This document shows, in pieces, positions 55,141 through 64,000 of a DNA stretch of 64,000 nucleotides. The DNA lies in contig CM082590.2 of the NCBI GenBank assembly GCA_040954595.2, positions 4,712,001-4,776,000 on the forward strand, in the 5' to 3' direction. The notes beneath the pieces are model-generated. The model was not told the DNA's origin. It searched no databases and was given only the letters and a program-made list of their open reading frames with translations. This DNA comes from Balanoglossus misakiensis. Its lineage: Eukaryota; Animalia; Hemichordata. Made by a program: the position numbers and the translations under genes. Each line of letters opens with the position of its first letter. Positions within the stretch are counted from its first letter, which is position 1.

Positions 55141-58100
55141 CGAAGTATCCGGTTCGACTGGTCCGATCCAAAGTGCTCAATACAAGAGTAGAGCGGAGTA
55201 TAAAGGAGGGTAGTAGGAGAAACGGAAGGCGGTTAAATCTCTACAACGCTGTTTCGTGAGTCACTAGACTCACTCATCAGGAGATCAAACTGGCGAAAAT
55301 GCAAGGGGGAAGGCATGTTTTTATGCAGGTACACAGGTGGACAGAAATACCTCCTTCTCATAGACAAATGCTTCCCGCAAGACAACAAACTCAGGAAAAT
55401 ATTCAACAGGAACACGATGAAAATTAGCTACAGCTGTATGAACAACAAGAAGCAGATCATCGACAACCACAACAAACGCATCTTGAAATCACACGACAAC
55501 AACACAGACGAGACCGACAACACCAAGACTTGCAACTGCCGACAAAAGGACAAATGCCCGCTCGACGGCAACTGCCACCAAAGCTCCGTCATCTACCAGG
55601 CCACAGTTACGCGCACAGACAACAACACCTCGGATACATACGTCGGACTAACCGAAAACGACTTCAAAACAAGATACAGAAACCACACTTCATCTTTCCG
55701 ACTCGCACGCTCCAGGAACTCCACTGAACTCAGCAAACATATTTGGACTCTGAAGGACAACGACATCGCCCACACTATTTCATGGAAAATTTTAGCCAAA
55801 GCCAAACCATACAACAGCGCAACCAAACGGTGCAACCTCTGCTTAACAGAGAAATTTATTATCATTCGCAACCCAGAAATTTCAACACTCAATAAAAGAA
55901 ACGAACTTGTGTCCTCTTGTCGACACAGACACAAAGCATTGTTACGCAACAATTAAATCTAAAAACTCCCCACACACCAGCTATACACATTGTTATGCAA
56001 AACGGCCCACCCCAACTTACATTCCACCACCTGTGTACCTGCATATAACCACGTCTTCCCCCTTGCATTTTCGCCAGTTTGATCTCCTGATGAGTGAGTC
56101 TAGTGACTCACGAAACAGCGTTGTAGAGATTTAACCGCCTTCCGTTTCTCCTACTACCCTCCTTTATACATACATACATACATACATTCATACATACATA
56201 CATACATACATACATACACATATATACATACACATACTGTACATACACACACTTGAACAAATGACAGATATTATTTGATATATGGAAAAGCTGACAACAC
56301 TAACCTAGAGCCATATCAATTCTCTTCAACTTATCAGCTCGACTTGCAACCAATATCACCACTGGTTTCTCGTATCCTTCTCCTGACTTATCAAATGAAT
56401 ACCTGTCCATGTGGGTTGTTCCTTTCAGAAACCGCAACCAAAACAAAATCTACAAATGAGAATATTTGTGAAAAGTATTATTTTTGAGTCAAAGGAATCA
56501 TGAATTGAATCCAACATGAGATTTCTCATGATTCAGGTAATATCTGGAGCTATGCGATAAACAATGTGAAATAATAATTGAACAACAATGGCATGTTGGT
56601 TCTGCAGGAGACTAATTATAGAAATATCTGCAACTCTATCAAAAAGCCATGAATGGTGACCGAGATAGTGTTGCACATGGAATAAAGTTTCTCAAACAGC
56701 AATATTTTCCATTCCTACAGATAAAACTTGGAAAGTGATAAACAATACAGTCAAACTTTCCTGTGAAGATTCTTACCCGTGGGAACACACGTTCAAAGGT
56801 GTTGAGTTTACCATTCTCGTCTGTAGCTTTGAACACCAATATGGAGACAGCATTGGGTGCTCCCAGAAACATGTTATGAGTGACGTAATACTCAGCCTGG
56901 CCGGCAAAATCCCAAACACTGACATTTCCGACGTCAGGAATATGAACACTTTGGACATCAATACCAGGTGTGGGAATGTGTTCACTTTCTTCAGAAGTTG
57001 TACGTCTCCGTGAAAACCACGAGTATACAATGAAGTTAAACAAAGAAAACTATCATTGGGATTATATATTTATCACATGACAGGCATCTCTTGCTTCACA
57101 AATCACAGAAAATGACATTTTGAGGACAGAGTGAGTAAGGGTTTATTAAGAATTCATTCTGGCCCATCATTTCATCCAGTTTGCAAACTTTCACACAAGC
57201 AACCCTTAATTTATTGCAATATGGCCTACTAGAACTTTAATGCAAATGAAACAAAAATATCAACATACCCTCTGAAGTGACTTCAATAATGTAGTCTTAC
57301 CAACTCCACCATCTCCAGCGAAGAACAACTTAAAAATGTCACATTTCACACCTGGTTCCATCATCAGGATCTTGAACTCATTTCGTCTCTGGTTAAATAA
57401 AGAAATCATAAAAATACAATTTTATTTGTGGGTTTGGAGAGTACAGTTAAGAGTGACACCACATTAAGTAATTTATATCACACTGAAATCAATGGACACT
57501 TTTAATTCAAGATGAATAAGAATGAGCACATTTCAGGTTGTATATTATTAAAATTTGTGATAATATAAAAAATACACTCACCTTAATGTAATCCAACAGC
57601 AACTTCTTAACAGACACTTTTTTAGCGACATCAAGTGGGGTCTTTCCAGTCTAATTATTTAAGATAAAAAGAATTGAAACAATATGATGTTAATATTTAT
57701 AAAAGTAGTAATAATGTAAGAGATAACCATAATTCAAAATTCATTAAATTCTATTGTAATTTTAAAGTTAATTTTGTTTTAAATTTTTCATGAAAAAAAT
57801 AACCACATCAAGTGACATGTTTAATAGTGAATAAAACCTGAATTTCACAAAATTAACAATCATTTAAAGAAAATAAACCCTGATTCCTCTTTTCCATCAC
57901 ACTGTATCAAAAAGTCTTACAAAAAGGACAAAATTATTTAAAACACAAATAAGAAAAATCTCCTTATTAGGAATTGTCAGATTATTAGAAAAAATGTGCA
58001 TAAACATTAATCATTTAATTCAAATTCAAAGATTATGAAGATTAACTACTTGAGAAAAGGGGAGTTGATCTGAACACATGGTGTAGGTCTAGAGTGTCAT

Positions 58101-61100
58101 GGAATAAAATATAAAAGTGGAAGATTGTACCTTATTTTTGCAGTCAATATCAGCTCCATATTGCAACAATAGTTTCACAACTTTTCCATAATCCCCCTGA
58201 AACTCTCCGCCCATTGCTGCCATGTGGAGTGCTGTGTTGCCATCCTATCCAAGAAACAAAAACAGACAACATTATGTAAGAGGTACAACAAGAAAAGTCA
58301 TAAAATTAAATTCGAAATGTACTGTGAGATTTCAACAAACAAACAAACAAACAAACAAACAAATGTTTCTAAACTGATAGAATTAACCTGCAGAAGCCAG
58401 GTAGGTATTTACCTTGTTTTGTATGGTCACATCAGCTTTGTGTTCCAATAACAATCTGACACGGCCTTCATCACCATACCTTGCTGCTACAAGGTGCAAA
58501 GGGGTGTCTCCATCCTGTAAGTAATGAAGGAGGAGCATGATGAGGATGTCAGAAAACTGAAATGTCACATGAGTTAATTTCTTAAAATGAATAAATGAAT
58601 AAAAAAACAAACAACAAATACTCATCATAAACTCAAACAATGAAAAAATCTCCTTATAATGAATTGTCAGATTATTAGGTGACAGACAGGAGTTGGCAGA
58701 TGCTGGAGGCCGACAGACAATCGCCCTATCTGATACTCTCCACATCACAGAAAGTGGAGATAGATAGTCTCAAAGATAGGATTGGCATCGACCGTCATGA
58801 GTCAACACTTGCCTGTACAACACCTGACCCGATAGAGGGAGTAGTTTTGATTCAATTAAAGGACAATGACAAATTATATGGCACCTCCTTATGATCAATT
58901 GTATTAGGTGACAGACAGGTGTTGGCAGATGCTGGAGGCCGACAGACAATCGCCCTATCTGATACTCTCCACATCACTGAAAGTGGAGATAGAAAGTCTC
59001 AAAGATAGGATTGGCATCGACCGTCATGAGTCAACACCTGCCTGTACAACACCTGACCCGATAGAGGGAGTAGTTTTGATTCAAAGGACAATGACAAATT
59101 ATATGGCACCTCCTTATGATCAATTGTATTAAGTGACAGACAGGAGTTGGCAGATGCTGGAGGCCGACAGACAATCGCCCTATCTGATACGCTCCACATC
59201 ACTGAAAGTGGAGATAGAAAGTCTCAAAGATAGGATTGGCATCGACCGTCATGAGTCAACACCTGCCTGTACAACACCTGACCTGATAGAGGGAGTACTT
59301 TTGATTCAATGGACAATGACAAATTATATGGCACCTCCTTATGATCAATTGTATAAGGTGACAGACAGGAGTTGGCAGATGCTGGAGGCCGACAGACAAT
59401 CACCCTATCTGATACTCTCCACATCACTGAAAGTGGAGATAGAAAGTCTCAAAGATAGGATTGGCATCGACCGTCATGAGTCAACACCTGCCTGTACAAC
59501 ACCTGACCTGATAGAGGGAGTAGTTTTGATTCAATGGACAATGACAAATTATATGGCACCTCCTTATGATCAATTGTATTAGGTGACAGACAGGTGTTGG
59601 CAGATGCTGGAGGCCGACAGACAATCGCCCTATCTGATACGCTCCACATCACTGAAAGCGGAGATAGAAGTCTCAAAGATAGGATTGGCATCGACCGTCA
59701 TCAGTCAACACCTGCCTGTACAACACCTGACCTGATAGAGGGAGTAGTTTTGATTCAAAGGACAATGACAAATAGATACATTGTATCCTCAACACAATTT
59801 ACCACAAAAACTACAATGGAAAGAACACCATTGTGCAAACTCATACTGTTTTAGGAGTGCTTGGTTAAAATAGTGTTCAGGCATTTTCAGACTTTTACAA
59901 AATTGTACATTTCAAATTCAAAGATTATGAAGATTAACTACTTGAGAAAATGGGAGTTGATCAGAACACATGGTGTAGGTCTAGAGTGTCATGGAATAAA
60001 ATATAAAAGTGGAAGATTGTACCTTATTTTTGCAGTCAATATCAGCTCTATATTGCAACAATAGTTTCACAACTTTTTTATAATCACCATACCACTCATT
60101 GCCCATTGCTGCCAGGTGAAGTGCTGTGTTGCCATCCTATCCAAGAAACAAAAACAGACAACATCATGTAAGAGGTACAACAAGAAAAGTTCTGCATAAA
60201 CAGCTCAACCAAACATACTGAATTGATAATTAACCTCTAGTTTTTCAATAGTATTTAGGATGCTTATATCATTTTTGAGTTGGATGTCTCCACGTCAATG
60301 TAGCTTCAAGTGATAGAGTTGAATTAAATGAATGAATTGTGTGTATTTCGTCCACCATGTGAGAATGTTACATATGAACATAAATTTCCTCATAATGATA
60401 AACTATTTAAAGAAAATATGGGTAGTAGATTGTGCCTTTATTCATCTTGACAGTTTTGAGGGAAAAACTGATTTGGATCAATTTGTAAAGATCTGCATAA
60501 GACCAGAAAATTTACATGGATGGGAAATCTTTATTTAGACAAAAGACTAGAGATGACATTGATGACCATTAATGTTCAGAAAGTGTTTGTTTGAGTGAAA
60601 TACTGTGTTTTGATTCGCATAGAGCACCTAAGTTACTGGTATCATTATCAGAGGTACAGAACTTGTCTGTGGTCATCCATTATTATGAAGCAGTTTCCTT
60701 GTGAGTAATTTCTTTTCAACACCGTTCTGGTGAGTATTTCTGTATGTGATAGAGGAGGAGCATGAGAACAATGTCATAAAATGTGAAATGTTAAGTGAGG
60801 TTTCCTAAACAAATAAATAAAGAAATAAAGAAACAAACAAACAAACAAACAAACCAATCTTTCTAAATTAATAGAATTAACCTGTAGAAGTCAGGTTGGT
60901 ATTAACCTTGTTTTGCATGGTCACATCAGCTTTGTGTTCCAATAACAATCTGAGACCGCCTTCATTGGGAGACCCTGCTGCAAGGTGCAAAGGGGTGTTT
61001 CCATTCTGTAAGTTGAAGGAGGAGCATGATGAGGAAGTCAGAAAACTGTCACATGAGTTAATTTCTTAAAATGAACAAATGAATAAAAAACAACAACAAA

Positions 61101-64000
61101 TAGTCATCATAAACTCAAACATCTCAAACAATGAAAAAATCTCCTAATAATGAATTGTCAGATTATTAGAGGGAGTAGTTTTGATTCAAAGGACAATGAC
61201 AAATTATATGGCACCTCCTTATGATCAATTGTATTAGGTGACAGACAGGAGTTGGCAGATGCTGGAGGCCGACAGACAATCGCCCTATCTGATATACTCC
61301 ACATCACTGAAAGTGGAGATAGAAAGTCTCAAAGATAGGATTGGCATCGACCGTCATGAGTCAACACCTGCCTGTACAACACCTGACCCGATAGAGGGAG
61401 TAGTTTTGATTCAAAGGACAATGACAAATTATATGGCACCTCCTTATGATCAATTGTATTAGGTGACAGACAGGAGTTGGCAGATGCTGGAGGCCGACAG
61501 ACAATCGCCCTATCTGATATACTCCACATCACTGGAAGTGGAGATAGAAAGTCTCAAAGATAGGATTGGCATCGACCGTCATGAGTCAACACCTGCCTGT
61601 ACAACACCTGACCCGATAGAAGGAGTAGTTTTGATTCAAAGGACAATGACAAATTATATGGCACCTCCTTATGATCAATTGTATTAGGTGACAGACAGGA
61701 GTTGGCAGATGCTGGAGGCCGACAGACAATCGCCCTATCTGATACTCTCCACATCACTGAAAGTGGAGATAGAAAGTCTCAAAGATAGGATTGGCATCGA
61801 CCGTCATGAGTCAACACCTGCCTGTACAACACCTGACCCGATAGAGGGAGTAGTTTTGATTCAAAGGACAATGACAAATTATATGGCACCTCCTTATGAT
61901 CAATTGTATTAGGTGACAGACAGGAGTTGGCAGATGCTGGAGGCCGACAGACAATCGCCCTATCTGATACTCTCCACATCACTGAAAGTGGAGATAGAAA
62001 GTCTCAAAGATAGGATTGGCATCGACCGTCATGAGTCAACACCTGCCTGTACAACACCTGACCCGATAGAAGGAGTAGTTTTGATTCAAAGGACAATGAC
62101 AAATTATATGGCACCTCCTTATGATCAATTGTATTAGGTGACAGACAGGAGTTGGCAGATGCTGGAGGCCGACAGACAATCGCCCTATCTGATATACTCC
62201 ACATCACTAAAAGTGGAGATAGAAAGTCTCAAAGATAGGATTGGCATCGACCGTTATGAGTCAACACCTGCCTGTACAACACCTGACCCGATAGAGGGAG
62301 TAGTTTTGATTCAAAGGACAATGACAAATTATATGGCACCTCCTTATGATCAATTGTATTAGGTGACAGACAGGAGTTGGCAGATGCTGGAGGCCGACAG
62401 ACAATCGCCCTATCTGATATACTCCACATCACTGAAAGTGGAGATAGAAAGTCTCAAAGATAGGATTGGCATCGACCGTCATGAGTCAACACCTGCCTGT
62501 ACAACACCTGACCAAATAGAGGGAGTAGTTTTGATTCAAAGGACAATGACAAATTATATGGCACCTCCTTATGATCAATTGTATTAGGTGACAGACAGGA
62601 GTTGGCAGATGCTGGAGGCCGACAGACAATCGCCCTATCTGATACTCTCCACATCACTGAAAGTGGAGATAGAAAGTCTCAAAGATAGGATTGGCATCGA
62701 CCGTCATGAGTCAACACCTGCCTGTACAACACCTGACCCTATAGAGGGAGTACTTTTGATTCAAAGGGCAATGACAAATTATATGGCACCTCCTTATGAT
62801 CAATTGTATTAGGTGACAGACAGGTGTTGGCAGATGCTGGAGGCCGACAGACAATCGCCCTATCTGATACTCTCCACATCACTGAAAGTGGAGATAGAAA
62901 GTCTCAAAGATAGGATTGGCATCGACCGTCATGAGTCAACACCTGCCTGTACAACATCTGACCCGATAGAGGGAGTAGTTTTCATTCAAAGGACAATGAC
63001 AAATTATATGGCACCTCCTTATGATCAATTGTATTAGGTGACAGACAGGTGTTGGCAGATGCTGGAGGCCGACAGACAATCGCCCTATCTGATACTCTCC
63101 ACATCACTGAAAGTGGAGATAGAAAGTCTCAAAGATAGGATTGGCATCGACCGTCATGAGTCAACACCTGTCTGTACAACACCTGACCCGATAGAGGGAG
63201 TAGTTTTGATTCAATGGACAATGACAAATTATATGGCACCTCCTTATGATCAATTGTATTAGGTGACAGACAGGTGTTGGCAGATGCTGGAGGCCGACAG
63301 ACAATCGCCCTATCTGATACTCTCCACATCACTGAAAGTGGAGATAGAAAGTCTCAAAGATAGGATTGGCATCGACCGTCATGAGTCAACACCTGCCTGT
63401 ACAACACCTGACCTGATAGAGGGAGTACTTTTGATTCAATGGACAATGACAAATTATATGGCACCTCCTTATGATCAATTGTATTAGGTGACAGACAGGT
63501 GTTGGCAGATGCTGGAGGCCGACAGACAATCGCCCTATCTGATACTCTCCACATCACTGAAAGTGGAGATAGAAAGTCTCAAAGATAGGATTGGCATCGA
63601 CCGTCATCAGTCAACACCTGCCTGTACAACACCTGACCAAATAGAGGGAATAGTTTTGATTCAAAGGACAATGGCAAATAGATACATTGTATCCTCAACA
63701 CAATTTACGACAAAAACTACAATGGAAAGAAGACCATTGTGCAAACTCATACTGTTTTAGGAGTGCTTGGTTAAAATAGTGTTCAGGCATTTTCAAGACT
63801 TTTTATAAAATTGTGCATTTCAAATTCAAAGATTATGAAGATTAACTACTTGAGAAAATGGGAGTTGATCAGAACACATGGTGTAGGTCTAGAGTGTCAT
63901 GGAATAAAATATAAAAGTGGAAGATTGTACCTTATTTTTGCAGTCAATATCAGCTCCATATTGCAACAATAGTTTCACAACTTTTCCATAATCCTTCCGA
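52279..64000 (-). CDS. Ankyrin-Roc-COR-death domain ROCO protein gene (DAPK1-like architecture, no kinase seen in window), 5'-incomplete, >=12 exons
   Basis: Exons read manually and joined in frame: 63931->64000, 60907-61005, 60023-60136, 58413-58514, 58131-58244, 57582-57650, 57269-57388, 56777-57022/57049, 56305-56449, 54612-54760, 53839-54015, 52279-53655. Junctions are GT-AG except one doubtful acceptor near 57023. Motifs: ankyrin G.T[PA]LH, P-loop GDGGVGKT, TPGID, WDFAGQ, VILVASRAD, COR LHDIGE/VVLDPNWL/FFPRLQ, C-terminal death-fold. Confidence 0.9.
53839..54015 (-). CDS. COR N-terminal exon
   Basis: tag|KVKMLPSVCAKI...FLRKATNYLHDIGE|gtcagt. Confidence 0.9.
54612..54760 (-). CDS. Roc C-terminal exon
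   Basis: cag|(A)RHLLKEVLTKAQTMFQDYLDIVSDIFPLNCRNSTDSEMKKLRDCLNQKK|gtaac; donor chosen because it is phase 0 with the next exon. Confidence 0.82.
55237..55285 (-). ncRNA. Type I hammerhead ribozyme, inverted copy (sense to the ROCO pre-mRNA)
   Basis: Exact reverse complement of 56082-56130. Confidence 0.88.
56082..56130 (+). ncRNA. Type I hammerhead ribozyme in Penelope pLTR
   Basis: ATCTC-CTGATGA-GTGAGTC(TAGT)GACTCAC-GAAAC-AGCGTT-GTA-GAGAT: complete catalytic core, stems I and II, short stem III. Confidence 0.88.
56305..56449 (-). CDS. Roc exon with G4 region (missed by ORF track)
   Basis: tag|ILFWLRFLKGTTHMDRYSFDKSGEGYEKPVVILVASRADKLKRIDMAL+G|gttagt; ends in phase 1, matching the next exon. 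Confidence 0.88.
56777..57022 (-). CDS. Roc exon with switch I/II (acceptor uncertain: 57022 after a non-canonical AC, or 57049 after an in-frame AG)
   Basis: SWFSRRRTTSEESEHIPTPGIDVQSVHIPDVGNVSVWDFAGQAEYYVTHNMFLG...VFPR|gtaag. Confidence 0.85.
57269..57388 (-). CDS. Roc GTPase exon with P-loop
   Basis: cag|RRNEFKILMMEPGVKCDIFKLFFAGDGGVGKTTLLKSLQR|gtatg. Confidence 0.92.
57582..57650 (-). CDS. C-terminal capping ankyrin exon
   Basis: tag|TGKTPLDVAKKVSVKKLLLDYIK|gtgagt. Confidence 0.88.
58131..58244 (-). CDS. Ankyrin exon type A (114 nt, phase 0-0)
   Basis: tag|DGNTALHMAAMGGEFQGDYGKVVKLLLQYGADIDCKNK|gt. Confidence 0.92.
58413..58514 (-). CDS. Ankyrin exon type B (102 nt, phase 0-0)
   Basis: cag|DGDTPLHLVAARYGDEGRVRLLLEHKADVTIQNK|gt. 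Confidence 0.92.
58679..59772. repeat. 225-bp intronic satellite, ~4.8 units
   Basis: GTGACAGACAGG unit starts at 58679, 58908, 59133, 59358, 59583. Confidence 0.97.
60023..60136 (-). CDS. Ankyrin exon type A (114 nt, phase 0-0)
   Basis: tag|DGNTALHLAAMGNEWYGDYKKVVKLLLQYRADIDCKNK|gt. Confidence 0.9.
60907..61005 (-). CDS. Ankyrin exon type B (99 nt, phase 0-0)
   Basis: cag|NGNTPLHLAAGSPNEGGLRLLLEHKADVTMQNK|gt. Confidence 0.9.
61168..63680. repeat. 225-bp intronic satellite, ~11 units
   Basis: Unit starts every 225 nt from 61238 to 63488, preceded by a partial unit. Confidence 0.97.
63931..64000 (-). CDS. Ankyrin exon type A (cut by window end)
   Basis: Translates RKDYGKVVKLLLQYGADIDCKNK, then GT donor; paralogous to 58131-58244 and 60023-60136. 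Confidence 0.9.

Larger units (their letters stand above)
55141..56167 (+). mobile_element. 5'-truncated Penelope-like retroelement (Neptune-like), GIY-YIG endonuclease end with inverted pseudo-LTR, intronic
   Basis: ORF 55315-55956 has CNCRQKDKCPLDGNC, SVIYQATV..TYVGLTENDFKTRYRNH and CNLCLTEK; ~55197-55341 is the reverse complement of ~56028-56167; flanked on both sides by (TACA)n. Confidence 0.9.

Noticed and set aside
56403-56449. 47-nt micro-exon ending at GACAG|GTATTC
   Set aside because: The frame continues through KPVVILVASRAD to a donor at 56304 whose phase matches the next exon.
60620-60790. Possible extra ankyrin exon next to a degenerate copy of the B-exon acceptor flank (GGAGGAGCATGA)
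   Set aside because: The phase-0 frame after the AG stops within 8 codons and I saw no ankyrin motif.
61238-63760. 74-codon antisense ORFs in the 225-bp units (unit length divisible by 3)
   Set aside because: A stop occurs in nearly every unit, starts are GTG, there is no recognisable motif, and they are intronic to the ROCO gene. One read-through (59133-59582) is a point variant.
52279-64000. Assigning the symbol DAPK1
   Set aside because: No kinase or CaM-binding region is visible in the window and orthology cannot be established by eye.

Overview
AT-rich, intron-containing animal genomic DNA; my inference is a marine invertebrate such as a hemichordate, echinoderm or amphioxus. The window has two parts. 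(1) 1-~50.6 kb is a ~2.5-copy tandem segmental duplication with equivalent positions at 1, 17510 and 41116. I found no convincing host CDS in it. It holds four satellite families (91, ~180, ~277 and ~290 bp), microsatellites and many copy-specific transposon insertions. Their target-site duplications (TSDs) can be read against the empty site in the sister copies: an L2-like LINE fragment, an RTEX-like LINE, TTAA Kolobok-like MITEs, foldback MITEs with 7-bp TSDs, and a solo LTR. (2) 52279->64000 is a minus-strand multi-exon gene for an ankyrin-Roc-COR-death-domain (DAPK1-like ROCO) protein whose 5' end lies outside the window. Each ankyrin repeat is a single phase-0 exon. The exons sit in recently duplicated two-exon cassettes separated by 225-bp satellite arrays. 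Copies differ almost only by amino-acid-changing substitutions around the helix1-helix2 turn, while the adjacent intron sequence I compared is nearly identical. This suggests a diversifying, exon-shuffled candidate immune receptor. One intron carries a Penelope-like element with two hammerhead ribozymes. All calls come from manual reading; no database searches were run.
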